64,000 nt of DNA, taken from positions 85,312,001 through 85,376,000 of the forward strand of contig NC_043005.1 in assembly GCF_006345805.1 (NCBI RefSeq). Direction: 5' to 3'. Positions within the stretch are counted from its first letter, which is position 1; each line of letters begins with the position of its first letter. The translations under genes and the position numbers were made by a program. This DNA comes from Octopus sinensis (taxonomy: Eukaryota). Shown here in pieces: positions 12,480 through 27,150 of this stretch. Below the pieces are notes generated by a model, which saw only the letters and a list, made by a program, of their open reading frames with translations, had not been told where the DNA came from and ran no database searches.

Positions 12480-14688
12480 TATGTATATATATATATATAT
12501 GCATGCATGCATATGTGTGTTATATACACAGAAACACTCATTTATTCAGATACATGTGTGTAGTCACTATGACACATATACATGTATATATATATATATG
12601 TACACACCACACACATATATATATAACACTTATATATACACATATATATATACATATAATATATATATATATATACATATAACAATATATATATATATAT
12701 ATACACATATATATATACACACATATATATATATATACACATATATATATACACACATATATATATATACACATATATATATACCACATATATATTATAT
12801 ATAATACACATATATATATATACACACATATATATATATATACACATATATATAATACACCATATATAATACACACATATATAATATATATATATACACA
12901 CATATATATATCACACATATATTATATATACACATATATATATACACCATATATATATATATACACATATATATATACACACATATATATATTATATACA
13001 CATATATATACACACATATATATTATATATACACATATATATATATCACACAATATATATTATATATATACACATATATAACACACATATATAATATATA
13101 TATACACATATATATACACACATATATATATATACACACATATATATACACACATATATATATATATAACAATATATACACATATATATATTACACATAT
13201 ATACACACCACATATATACATGCACATATATATACACACAATATATATATATACACATATATATAAACACACATATATATATATATACACATATATATAC
13301 ACACATATATATATACCACATATATATTATATATACACATATATATATACACACATATATATATATATACACATATATATATACACACATATATATACAC
13401 ACATATATATATATACACACACATATATATACACACATATATATATATATACACATATATATATACACACATATATATATACACACATATATATATATAT
13501 ACACACATATATATATACACACATATATATATATACACACATATATATATATTCACACATTATATATAACACATATATATATACACATATATATATACAC
13601 ATATATTATATATACACATATATTATACACACATATATATATACACCACATATATATATACAACCACATATATACACACATATATATATACACACATATA
13701 TATATATACACATATATATATATACACACACATATATATATATACACACACTATATATATATACACATATATATATATACACACATATATAATATATATA
13801 CACATATATATACACACTATATATATATATACACATATATATACACACATATATATATATACACATATATATACATACACATATATACACATATATATTA
13901 CACACATATATATATATATACACATATATATACACACATATATATATATATACACATATATATATAACACATATATATATATATACACATATATATAATA
14001 CACACATATATATATATACACATATATATATACACACATATATTATAACACACACATATATATATACACACATATATATATATACACACATATATATATA
14101 TACACACATATATAATACACACACATATATATATACACACATTAATATACCCACACATATATATATATATACCATATATACATACACACACATATATATA
14201 TATATATACACCATATACATACACACACATATATATATATATATATACACTATATACACATATATATATATACACATATACACATATATAATATATATAA
14301 TATATATATACACATATATACACTATATATATATATACACATATATATATATACACATATATATATATATCCACTAATATATATATATAGTATCACAACA
14401 TATATATATATATACACATATATATATATTATAACACCACATATATATATACACACATATATATATATATACACACATATATATATATACACATATATAT
14501 ATATATACCACATATATATATATATACACATATATATATATATACACACACTATATATATATATATAATACACACATATATATATATATATACACATATA
14601 TATATATATATATACACACACATATATATATACACACACATATATATTATATCTATACACACATATATATATATATATATACACACAC

Positions 14689-14719
<31 letters not shown>

Positions 14720-17073
14720 TATAATAACACACACATATATATATATACACACATATATATATATATATACACACACATATATATATATACACACATATAT
14801 ATATATATATACACATATATATATACACACATATATATATATATATACACATATATATATACACACATATATATATATATACACATATATATATACACAC
14901 ATATATATATATATACACATATATATACACACATATATATATATATATATACACATATATATACACACATATATATATATAACATATATATACCACACAT
15001 ATATATATATACACATATAATACACACATATATATATATACACATATATATACACACACCTATATACATGCACATATATATCCACACAATATATATATAT
15101 ACACATATATATAAACACACATATATATATATATACACATATATATATACACACATATATATACACACATATATATATATATACACATATATATATACAC
15201 CCTATATATATATATACCATACTATATATACACACATATATATACACACATATATATATACACACACATATATACACACATATATATATATACACATATA
15301 TTATACACACATAATATATATACACAACATATATATATATAGACCACACATATATATATACACACATATATATATTATACACACATATATAATATTCACA
15401 CATATAATATACACATATATATATACACATATATATATACACATATATATATATATACCACATATATATCCACATATATATATACAACATATATATACAC
15501 ACCATATATATACACACATATATATACACACATATATATATACACACATATATATATACACACACATATATATATATACACACACATATTATATAACACA
15601 TATATATATATACACACATATCTATATATATACACATATATATACACACATATATATATATATACACATATATATACACACATATATATATATACACATA
15701 TATATACATCAACATATATACACATATATATACACACATATATATATATATACACATATATATACACACATATATATATATATACACATATATATATACA
15801 CACATATATATATATATACACATATATATATACACACATATATATATATATACACATATATATATACACACATATATATATACACACACATATATATATA
15901 CACACATATATATATATACACACATATATATATACACACACATATATATATACACACATATATATATACACACACATATATATATATATACACATATATA
16001 CATACACACACATAATATATATATATAACACATATACATACACATACATATATATATATATATACATATACATACACATACATATAATATATATATATAC
16101 ATATACATACACACACATATATATATATATATACACATATATATACACACACATATATATATATATACACATATATATATATATACACAATATAACATAT
16201 AATATATATATATATATTACACATATATACACATATATATATATATATATACACATATATATATATATACACATATATACACATATATATATATATATAT
16301 ACACATATATACACATATATATATACACATATATATATACACATATATACACATATATATATATACACACACATATATATATATACACATATATATATAC
16401 ACACACATATATATATATATACACACATATATATATATACACACATATATAATATACACATATATATATATACACACATATATATATATATACACACATA
16501 TATATATATATATATACACACACACATATATATATACACCACACACATATATATATATACACACACATATATATATATATATACACACACATATATATAT
16601 ATATACACACACATATATATATATATACACACACACATATATATATATACACACATATATATATATATACACACATATATATATATATATACACACACAT
16701 ATATATATATATACACACACATATATATATATAATACACACACATATATATATATATATACACACATATATATATATATATACACACATATATATATATA
16801 TATATACACACATATATATATATACACACATATATATATATATATATACACACATATATATTATTACACACATATATATATACACACATATATATATACA
16901 CACATATATATATATATATACACACATATATATATATATATATACACACATATATATATATATATACACACATATATATATATATACACACATATATATA
17001 TATATATACACACACATATATATATATACACACACATATATATATATATATACACACACATATATATATATAT
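12480..17073. repeat. About 4.6-kb (TA)n(CA)m compound microsatellite; continues at 17410-18170
   Basis: Almost only ATATATACAC-type units and nearly G-free on the plus strand. Confidence 0.98.
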
Positions 17074-17408
17074 GTGGTGCCAAAGGTCCCGTCTTCCACA
17101 TAGGGTAAGGAGCAGATACTGTAATAGCCTGGGGTTCAGGGGCCCTCAGCTTTTCAACAAACTGCCAAGAAACTAGAGAGATCTACATGAGCGGATGTGG
17201 ACATTTTCAAAAAACATCTAGACAGCTGCTTTCCGGATCCCAGATTGAACCCACTGCAAGGTACGAAGGTAACCTAAGGCAGCAGCTACAAACTCTCTCT
17301 TAGATCAGTGGCCAGCCACGGCAAACTGGATTTAGAGAGGGTAGCAACAAGGGCGGTGCCCCAGCGTGGCCTCAGCCGGATGGCTGAAACAAGTAAAAGA
17401 GTAAAGAG
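17074..17408 (+). mobile_element. 3' end of a CR1-clan (CR1/L2/Daphne-like) LINE inserted in the TA block
   Basis: Disrupted translation [36 protein letters not shown] resembles a CR1-clan RT C-terminus; the tail matches the SINE A tail. Confidence 0.75.
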
Positions 17409-17957
17409 TATACACACATCATATATATGTTAGATAACAATATATAATATATATACACACATACTATATATATATATACAACACAACATATATATATATA
17501 TATCTAATACACCACCTATATATATATATATATACACACAATATATATATATATATACACACACATATATATATATACCACACACAGATATATATACACA
17601 CACATATATATATATAAATTTACACACATATATTAATATATATATACACACACATATATAGATATATATCACACAACATATATATATAGATATATATATA
17701 TACACACACAGCTATATATATAATATATATAACACACACATATATATATATATATATATACAACACATATATCTACACACACAATAATATATATTATACA
17801 CCATATATATATATATATATAACACACAATATATATATTATAAACACACACCACATATATAGGTATATATAATATTATATACACACCATAATATATATAT
17901 ATATATAATATACCAAAAACACACATATATATATATATATATATACACACACATATA

Positions 17958-17992
<35 letters not shown>

Positions 17993-18025
17993 GATTAATA
18001 GATATATATATACACACACAATATA

Positions 18026-18058
<33 letters not shown>

Positions 18059-18117
18059 TTATATATATTATATATATATAACACACAAACACATATATAT
18101 ATTATATATATATATAT

Positions 18118-18148
<31 letters not shown>

Positions 18149-18341
18149 CAAACTCGCTCAGAGATTTATTATTATATAATCACAACACACAAACACGGAG
18201 AAGTAAATAGACACCTTTATTTTCAAAATTTCTAATTAGGTATCTTAATATGTTTTCAGCGGTGTAATGTAGAATTTACGATACTGTAATTCTTTTTCAT
18301 TCCAGCTGGTACCATTATATTAAACATTGCGAAGGGTAACC

Positions 18342-18690
18342 ATGCCACATACAAAAACTTCAGCAGAACTGTCAGATGTTCAAAGAGGGTCGCATTATCG
18401 GGCAATCTGGTCTGGTCTTAGCAGCGAAAAATTTCCGAAATCTTCAAATTGCTCTTGCTACAGTTAATAGAATTATAGTGCAATTCAAAAAGGAAAGAAA
18501 AGAATCAACGATTCTCATCCCGGCTGACTTGGGCCTCGGAAAAGAAGCTTCGCGTTTGAGAGAATTGTGGAAACGAACTCCGTTCGAAGGTTCTGACATT
18601 GAAAAAGCTAGAAGTTAGTCCAGAACGTGTGTTAAATCTGCATAGCTTGGTATTATGGGCGAGCATCAGAGAAACCTCTCCTTCAAACAG
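18342..18690 (+). pseudogene. Tc1-family transposase N-terminal remnant
   Basis: MPHTKTSAELSDVQ(R)GRIIG...IALATVNRIIVQFKK HTH and LHS..YGRASEKP motif, with frameshifts. Confidence 0.7.
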
Positions 18691-18757
18691 ATATGAATAA
18701 AAGATTTGGAAAATAAAGGTGTCTTTTACATCCTGCATATCTGTATATGTTATATAT

Positions 18758-18808
<51 letters not shown>

Positions 18809-19159
18809 ATGTGAGTATGTTATTATGTGTGTGAGGGAATTTGTGTTTTAATTTACAAACAAAGGACGCAGTAGTGAATAGATTTGTAGAATTTATATCT
18901 TCAAGTCTAAGAACTCACCCAGTCACTGTTCTCTGTTCACGTGAGCAGTGGCCATGAAACTTGAGAAGCAGGAACACAAAACTCAGGCAGCGACAGGAGA
19001 AAACCTTAGCTTCATGAGTAAATGTGGCTGTGTGGTAGATATTTTGCTCCCTAACAACATAGCTTTGAGTTCGGTCCCACTTTGCGCTATCTTCGGCAAG
19101 TGTCTTCTACTAGAGCCTTGAGCTGACCAAAGACAGGTGCTTGGATTTGGGAGAAGGAA

Positions 19160-19580
19160 ACCGAATAATGTTTGTTATACATATGTATGAATTCCTGTAC
19201 CAGTGACACGTAAAAAGTACCATTTGAGCATGCCAGTGCCGCCTGACTGGCACCCATGCCAGGGGTACGTAAAAAGCACCATTTGAGTGTGGTCGATGCC
19301 AGTGCCGCCTGACTGGTTCCCATGACAGTGGAACATAAAAAGCACCATTTGAGTGTGACCAATGCCAGTGTCACCTGACTGCCTCCCATGCTGGTGGCAT
19401 GTAAAAAGCACCCTCTACACCCTGAGAGTGGTTGGCGTTAGGAAGAGCATCCAGCTGTAGAAACCTTGCCAGATCAGATTGGAGCCTGGTGCAGCTTCCC
19501 AGTTCTCAATCAATCCATCCAACCCATGCCAGCAGGGAAAGCAGATGTTAAACGACGACGACGACGACGACGATGATGAT
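19160..19580 (+). mobile_element. Family C RTE 3' end with ~60-66-bp internal tandem repeats
   Basis: gtaaaaagcacc units at 19210, 19269, 19335 and 19401; (GAC/GAT)n tail. Confidence 0.85.
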
Positions 19581-19858
19581 CTACGAGTGTTTGTTTTTAT
19601 ATCTCTGTTTGCCCCGCCCCTCCCCATTTCACTGACACTCGACAAGTGGCATTGGTATGTTCACTTCCCCAAAATTTCCAGCAAAAAGTGACTGATAGAA
19701 TAAGAAACAGGCTAAACAAAAACAAGCGACAAGTACCGAGGTTGATTCATTCAGCTAAAAAAAAAATTCTTCAAAGTGGTGCTCCAGCATGGGCTGCAGT
19801 CTAATGACTGAAATAAAAGGAATATAAAGAAAACAAAACATGAGATTGTTTATAAGAT

Positions 19859-20248
19859 ACTAGCAGTATCGCTCGGGTTTGTAAGGGAAATAACTATATA
19901 AGCATTTTTAGAAATGTAAAGTATAATAGCCACCTCAATATGGCTAACCACAAAGGGGGGGGGTGTTACTATAGCTTTTTACGTTCTGAGATTTAATAAT
20001 AAATTTTTAGAGAGTTACTTCCCTTATATATGCCAAAAATGCATTAAAAATGGGAAAAATTGATGGTAAATTTTTTTTTTAATCGTAGACTCATCGTAGA
20101 CGCGCGCTAATACCCAGAAGGGCTCGATATGAATCACGACTATAAGATACCCGGTTTTGGTTAAACTGCACCGCAAAATGTGGGAGTAGTTAGGAATCTA
20201 AATCGTAGGAGACAGACAGCACACAACCTCACTTTTATATATAAAGAT
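19859..20248. mobile_element. Helentron/DINE-like non-autonomous element
   Basis: Termini actagcagtatcgctcggg... and ...cttttatatataaagat resemble this class. Confidence 0.5.
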
Positions 20249-21009
20249 TTAGTTACATCATCTTACGTATATTTCATTAACATAAAGTGATTATTAGTTA
20301 CATTATATAAATTATAGACCTGAATGAAATCGGGTCATAAAACTGAAACAAGTAAAACAATCTAATCTATAAAATGAAGAAGGCGAACGTTGATACAAAT
20401 TGATATCGCTTGTCAACCGATGTTGGTGTATTTATGTCCCTGTAACTTAGCGGTTCGGCAAAACAGACCGATAGAATAAGTACTAGGCTTACAAAGAATA
20501 AGTCCTAGGGGTCAATTTCTTTGACTAAAGGTGGTGCTCCAGCATGGTCGCAGTCAAATGACTGAAACAAGTAAATGAATAACAACGCAAGGTGAACCAC
20601 ACAACGGAAGCTCTGTATTGTCACTTGGGTCATTACAAATGGTAGTCAATTCTCCCTCAAAACATACTTCACAAACTTAGAGAAAGATAAGACATATACA
20701 ACGTGATCAGGGTAAATTTGACAATTGTTATTTCGCCTTTCTTCAATAACAGCTTGATGCATTGGTGAACATGTATTCGTGAACAGTCAATGGCTTGAAA
20801 TCTTCACCGATACATACGTGAGAGCATAAGGATTAAAGATGCAGTTGAGAAAAAGTTAGCTGACATGGAGGATTGGAAGCCATCTGAATAGACGAAAAGG
20901 AGGTACCTGTATCGTGAATATTCAGGCCAGCTGTTAAAATGCCAACATCATGCCTTCTGCCCAATGCGGACCAGTCAACGTAGGAGTGACTGTCCACCAC
21001 TACGGCGAC

Positions 21010-21357
21010 CAGGGTTGGGTTGGGTTGGAAGAACTAAGAGTCATGGCTGATGACAGCCATAATGTTCAATATGAAGGATGGGGCCAAGATACTGAAGGCC
21101 ACAAGAACTAACAAACTCAGTTACTGGGGATACGAGATCGAACTCACTATCCAGGCAACAGTAGAGGATTTGAATGGGATTGTGGAGGAGATAGTACTAC
21201 CGGACGACTCGAGATTAAGAATGAAAGTAGAGGGCAGGCCGCCTGTATGTTTTGAATGTGGAGAGAAGAGCCACATGAAGGCATGGTGCACCCAGAAAAA
21301 GCAACAAGCAGAGCAGGTGGAGAGACAAGAGAGCGTGAACCAGGCAGAACAGGTCAA
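21010..21357 (+). pseudogene. LINE ORF1 (gag-like) fragment with a CCHC zinc knuckle
   Basis: EGRPPVCFECGEKSHMKAWC = CX2CX4HX4C. Confidence 0.7.
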
Positions 21358-21970
21358 GACTGCCTCTGGTAATATACTGAATTTTGCTCTATATAGGTTT
21401 TAGGCATTTTTCAATTTCGGATTCGACTACATAGTCGATCTTTTTTCCTTTTGTTTTCAAAGTTTTGTAAAGACTTGTTCTTCTCTCGACTTTTTCTTGT
21501 AGTTGTTTTGCGGGTATGAACCACGTTTAGTTCCCCTCTCTCTCTACCATTTGTTTGTGTCGTTGCAAGCTTTCCGTATTTATTTTCTTTGTCTTTGCCC
21601 CGGTTGAAGCGGCAAAGTTAATTCTTTTTTCCTTTTCTTCAATCTTTTCTTTTGTTAACAGGCTTGGTACGTCGATTCTTCTTATTGTTGCTGGTTTCTT
21701 CTTTACTTCCTCCTCCTCCTCCTCCAAATTCAAATAGTTCTCCACAATCTTCTCCAATTCTTCCTCCGTCATGGTTGACGTGCTCGCCATCTCGCCGGTC
21801 GAAGTACTCGCTATCTCACAGGCGTTCCCCCAACGGGGCAACACAGCACAAGTTCAACAAATAAGTATTTAACCACAGAACAGGGAAAAACAATAACAAC
21901 TTCACCAATCCAACTACGCAGTGCACGGTACCAAATCGAATCTTCTCAAAAGTTCACTAACCAAAACGGC
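21358..21970 (-). pseudogene. Probable 5' UTR and N-terminal part of a LINE ORF1, opposite in orientation to the CCHC fragment
   Basis: Lys/Glu-rich ORF 21527-21844 continues past stops to IEKCLKPI*SKIQYITRG and abuts the plus-strand ORF1 piece; family assignment is inference. Confidence 0.45.
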
Positions 21971-21982
21971 GGCATTACATTG

Positions 21983-22197
21983 AAACGTTAGCACGCCGGG
22001 CGAAATGCTTACCAGTATTTCGTCTGTCGCCACGTTCTGAGTTCAAATTCCGCCGAGGTCGACTTTGCCTTTCATCCTTTCGGGGTCGATTAAATAAGTA
22101 CCAATTACGCACTGGGGTCGATGTAATCGACTTAATCCCTTTGTCTGTCCTTTTTTGTCCTCTCCGTGTTTAGCCCCTTGTGGGCAGTAAAGAAATA
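21983..22197 (+). mobile_element. Young 5'-truncated SINE B with a perfect 12-bp TSD
   Basis: ggcattacattg at 21971-21982 and 22198-22209. Confidence 0.92.
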
Positions 22198-22529
22198 GGC
22201 ATTACATTGTGACAGTCCGCTCTGACCAAAGTAGATAGAGAATTACCAGGCTCAAATAAGGATTGACAGGCGAACTTTTACCTAATCATGCAAATAATAG
22301 CTTATGGGAATATTCCATTTTGTACTGAAATAAGTTAAGATTAAATTAAAATAAGTTAAGATTAAAGATTTGTATATAAGTGTTCACTGGATCTAATCCA
22401 GATCTTATTTTCAAAAATCTTAAAGTTGAATTTTAAAAAAATGTTTTTTAAATTAAAGTCTAAAGATTTTTTCAGTTGCTAAATATTTATGCTTACAACA
22501 TACTAAGATGTTTGTAATTTTATTTAAGA

Positions 22530-22950
22530 ATCTCTCTATATATAAAGATGAAAATGTGTGTGTCTGTGTGTATCTGTCTGTGTGTCAATCTGTGTGAATC
22601 CCTAAAACTCGAGAACTACACAACCGATTTCATTCAAATTTTACACATGCTTTACTTAGGGTTCATGTAGTGTCATAAGCCAAAAACATTTTCAACTTCT
22701 CGCCTAATGCGAGCCCAGAGCAATCTCTTATCTCTTACACTATTTCAGTATTACGTGTCAAAAGTGAAACAATAACATCTCTCAATTGCAATGTGAGATA
22801 CTTTCGCTTTAACTTCACACACACGCGCGCGCGCGCACACACACACACACACACGCACACGCACACGCTCGGACAAGTTGTTTTGAGAAAATTTGGTTTA
22901 AATGTTTGACAACTCAGCACCGTCCATTGGACAGGGGGCGTTTTGCTCGT
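22530..22950 (+). mobile_element. Helentron/DINE-like non-autonomous element
   Basis: Starts atctctctatatataaagatg followed by a GTCT/GT microsatellite; ends in a hairpin followed by tttgctcgt. Confidence 0.5.
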
Positions 22951-23399
22951 ATATATATATATGTATACACACACATATATATATATATATACATCCATCC
23001 ATATGTATATATATGTGTGTGTGTGTATGCATGTATCTGTGTGTTTATGTATATATATATATTTATATATCATTATTTCTAGCCCACTCTCTATATATGT
23101 ACATTGCATACAAATCACACGGACATAGGTATATGTAAGCATATACACGTCACGTTCGCCAGCGCACTTTTTTTTTTCATATTCGTTTACTACACGTTGT
23201 TGTGCACCTATTACACCATTTTTTTTGTTTGTTTTTGCTCGGGTTCAAGGTCTGACGATGTGAATTTTCCAAGTCCTCTCCCTCACTCCCCGTTCGCAAG
23301 CGCGCATTTTTTTCATATTCGTTCAGAGCAAGTTGTTTTACACCTATCACACTATTGCACTGCATATAGAGTGGGGGATATCAGGTGTAGTGTTGATGA

Positions 23400-23680
23400 T
23401 TCAAGGAAGCACTGAAGTTTTAAAGGATGCAATGTCTTGGCAACTAACAAATGATGTAGGGCAGTTTGTTCCATGCTTCAGCAACTCTGAGTGTGAAAAA
23501 ATATTTCTGAAAGTCATGGGAGCTGTGCTGTTTCCTGACTTTGTAGGCATGCCCACATGTGTTAGACACATGAAGCTCAAAAAGGTGCTCAATGTGGTTG
23601 TAAACCTGTGTGAATTCTGAATGAATTGGGAAACGATGGTGCTGGGAATTTTGTAAATAGGGTGATAAGCCTTCACAGTA
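23400..23680 (-). mobile_element. CR1 LINE 3' fragment
   Basis: TCGHAYKVRKQHSSHDFQKYFFTLRVAEAWNKLP is a typical CR1 RT C-terminus. Confidence 0.8.
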
Positions 23681-23704
23681 TATATTATTTCCCATGTGTA
23701 CGAA

Positions 23705-24104
23705 TTCTTTTCTTCTACTGGTTTCAGTCATTTGACTGTGGTCATGCTGGAGCACCACCTTTAGTTGACAAATCGACCCCAGGATTTATTCTTCGTAAGC
23801 CTAGTACTTATTTTATTAGCTCCTTTTGCCGAACCGCTAAGTTATGGACATGTAAACACACCAGCATCAGTTATCAAGTGATGGTGTGGGGACAAACAAA
23901 GACACACAAATACATACATACATAATACATACATACATATATATGATGGGCTTCTTTCAGTCTCTGTCTACCAAATCCATTCATAAGGCTTTGGTCGGCC
24001 TGAGGCTATAGTAGAAGACACTTGCCCAAGGTGTCTCACACTGGGGCAGAACCAAGAACCATGTGGCTAGGAAGCAAGCTCCTTACCACACAGCCGCGCC
24101 TGCC
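23705..24104 (-). mobile_element. SINE family A, full length
   Basis: Head and tail both match the other family A copies. Confidence 0.85.
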
Positions 24105-24349
24105 CCCTTTTTCTCTGTTTATTGGGTTTATTGGCCCTTAATATTAGACTATTTTCAATTTATGGTGAAGGCTTATGATTCTATTTACACTGTTTTCGGC
24201 AGCAAACTGGCAGAATTTCATCTGCTACTTGTTCTGAGTTCAAACTCCGCCGAGGTCGACTTTGCCTTTTATCCTCTCAGAGTCGATAAATTAAGTACCA
24301 GTTGAACAATGGGGTCGATGTGATCGATTATCCCCCTCCCCTAACAAAC

Positions 24350-24745
24350 ACAGAGAGACAGAAAGACACACACACACACACAGACGCATACACAGACGCG
24401 TGCACACACAGACATACGGACACACACACACACACCACACAGATGCATACGCAGAGACGCGCACACACACACATACACACAGACATACACAGACGCATAC
24501 ACAGACGTGCGGACACACACACACACACACACAGACGCATACACAGACACGCGCGCACACACATACAGATGCATACACAGACACGCGCACACACACACAC
24601 ACAGATGCATACGCAGACACGCGCACACACACACACACAGATGCATACGCAGACACGCGCACACACACACACAGATGCATACAGAGACACGTGCACACAC
24701 ACAGATGCATACACAGACACACAGACACACACACACACACACACA
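24350..24745. repeat. (CA)n-based minisatellite with cagatgcatacgcagacacgcg units
   Basis: Direct inspection. Confidence 0.9.
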
Positions 24746-25318
24746 TGACGTGCATCTTTCAGTTTCCATCTACCAAGTCCCCTCACATGGCTTTGGTCAG
24801 CCCAATGCTATAGTAGAAAAGACTTGCGCATGGTACCACAAAGTGGTACTGGACCCAGAACCGTGTGGTTGGGAAGCGAACTGCTTACCACACAGCCCCA
24901 CCGGGCAGAATGGCTACATGAGTTATTGAAGCTCCCAACATCCAGAGACGAAATTCTGTTGACAGCAGCTTTGACTTTTATCTACAAGAAGGTGATTAAT
25001 AAAATATCACCGACTGATCTTGGTTCTTATTACCTCCATCTTACTCTCTCTTCCTCATCGCTCTCTCTCTCTTACTCTCTCTTCCTCCTCTCTTTGTTAC
25101 ATGCTCTTGTAGAACTTTTCTCACTGTGCTGTGAGAGGGTGTTGAGAAACTGAACACAGTGTTTGTGATGCCATGAAAGATACGAGAACCTACTGTGGTG
25201 TAATTAAACATCCATAAAACTAAAGAAGCCAACTGTCAACGCTTGCAGGTGATAGATCGTCTTCAGGTGTGAAAAATCCAATGTTTATGCAGAAAGAGAA
25301 AGAGAGAGTGTGTATACA

Positions 25319-25367
<49 letters not shown>

Positions 25368-25487
25368 CAATTTAGGAGTGACCCTAACAGTCATTCGTCC
25401 ACCAGAAAGAGCAGCCATAACTCACACCGCCAAGTAGTAGTAATTCAGAAATTAGGTGAAAATTTAAAAACTTTACCCTAATTCATC

Positions 25488-25584
25488 TTTTAGACGTTGC
25501 AACGTTTCTGTGTCATTAATGATTAAATTAGCTTAATTAATTAAATTAAGCTAATCTACCATAGGTTACACTTCATCAGTAAAA
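25488..25584 (-). ncRNA. Type I hammerhead ribozyme, copy 1
   Basis: UUUUA-CUGAUGA-A-GUGU...ACAC-A-GAAA-CGUUGCAACG-UC-UAAAA; predicted cut between 25493 and 25492. Confidence 0.8.
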
Positions 25585-25960
25585 AACCTGGGAGAGACAA
25601 ATATACACGAGGCGTCCGTATCGATGCCTACGGAATATCTGTCTTAAAATTTTCAAGACTGACGTATTCGCGCCAAACTTATCAGCAGTAAATATAAACT
25701 GCCGATTCAATCTCAGAATTATTCAGAAAATTATCAATTAGTCAATTTAGGGTAGCAAAAAAATTCAATAGAAACTTATCGCTACCAGCGGCCTGGTGGA
25801 AAAGAGAAAATAGTCATCGACTAAATATATAAATATAACAATTTAGGAGTGACCCTAACAGGTCATTCGTCCACCAGAAAGAGCAGCCATAACTCACACC
25901 GCCAAGTAGTAGTAATTCAGAAATTAGGTGAAAATTTAAAAACATTTACCCTAATTCATC

Positions 25961-26056
25961 TTTTAGACGTTGCACGTTTCTGTGTCATTAATGATTAAAT
26001 TAGCTTAATTAAATTAAATTAAGCTAATCTACCATAGGTTACACTTCATCAGTAAA
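25961..26056 (-). ncRNA. Type I hammerhead ribozyme, copy 2 (1-nt deletion in stem III)
   Basis: Same core as copy 1; the stem III palindrome reads CGUGCAACG. Confidence 0.7.
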
Positions 26057-26613
26057 AAACCTGGGAGAGACAAATATACACGAGGCGTCCGTATCGATGC
26101 CTACGGAATATCTGTCTTAAAATTTTCAAGACTGACGTATTCGCGCCAAACTTATCAGCAGTAAATATAAACTGCCGATTCAATCTCAGAATTATTCAGA
26201 AAATTATCAATTAGTCATTTAGGGTAGCAAAAAAATTCAATAGAAACTTATCGCTACCAGCGGCCTGGTGGAAAAGAGAAAATAGTCATCGACTAAATAT
26301 ATAAATATAACAATTTAGGAGTGACCCTAACAGGTCATTCGTCCACCAGAAAGAGCAGCCATAACTCACACCGCCAAGTAGTAGTAATTCAGAAATTTCC
26401 ACCAGGCCGCTGGTAGCGATAAGTTTCTATTGAATTTTTTTGCTACCCTAAATTGACTAATTGATAATTTTCTGAATAATTCTGAGATTGAATCGGCAGT
26501 TTATATTTACTGCTGATAAGTTTGGCGCGAATACGTCAGTCTTGAAAATTTTAAGACAGATATTCCGTAGGCATCGATACGGACGCCTCGTGTATATTTG
26601 TCTCTCCCAGGTT

Positions 26614-26711
26614 TTTTACTGATGAAGTGTAACCTATGGTAGATTAGCTTAATTTAATTTAATTAAGCTAATTTAATCATTAATGACACAGAAACGTTGC
26701 AACGTCTAAAA
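26614..26711 (+). ncRNA. Type I hammerhead ribozyme, copy 3 (inverted unit)
   Basis: tttta ctgatga a gtgt ... acac a gaaa cgttgcaacg tc taaaa; 12-bp hairpin 26643-26654/26661-26672 inside stem II; predicted cut after C26706. Confidence 0.8.
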
Positions 26712-26938
26712 GATGAATTAGGGTAAATGTTTTTAAATTTTCACCTAATTTCTGAATTACTACTACTTGGCGGTGTGAGTTATGGCTGCTCTTTCTGGTG
26801 GACGAATGACCTGTTAGGGTCACTCCTAAATTGTTATATTTATATATTTAGTCGATGACTATTTTCTCTTTTCCACCAGGCCGCTGGTAGCGATAAGTTT
26901 CTATTGATTTTTTTTGCTACCCTAAATTGACTAATATA

Positions 26939-26970
<32 letters not shown>

Positions 26971-27150
26971 GGGAGAGTTTACGAGAAAAACAAAAGACGA
27001 AAATAGGTGGTGTACAAAACAAACAGATGTATTAGTATAACGCTCAAGAACAGAAAAAGTCTTTTACGTTTCGAGCCTACGCTCTTCTACAGAAAGGGAC
27101 ACGAAAAAAAAACGAGAGAAACAAGGAGAGAAAAAAATGTGTGTGGTGGC
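26971..27150 (-). mobile_element. PLE pseudo-LTR fragment with a hammerhead-like motif at 27061-27096
   Basis: Homologous to 38300-38450, which lies downstream of a GIY-YIG remnant. Confidence 0.65.

Larger units (their letters stand above)
25366..26935. mobile_element. Retrozyme-like array: 471/472-bp unit, 2.2 direct copies plus about 1.15 inverted copies, flanked by (TA)n
   Basis: Unit starts at 25366, 25837 and 26309; inversion junction at ~26396; no ORF; one hammerhead per complete unit. Confidence 0.85.

Noticed and set aside
12481-17101. Long ORFs up to 589 aa (YIYMCV/HTHIY repeats), and similar ORFs at 24300, 33400, 41800, 59400 and 62800
   Set aside because: Stop-free translations of microsatellites with no domain content
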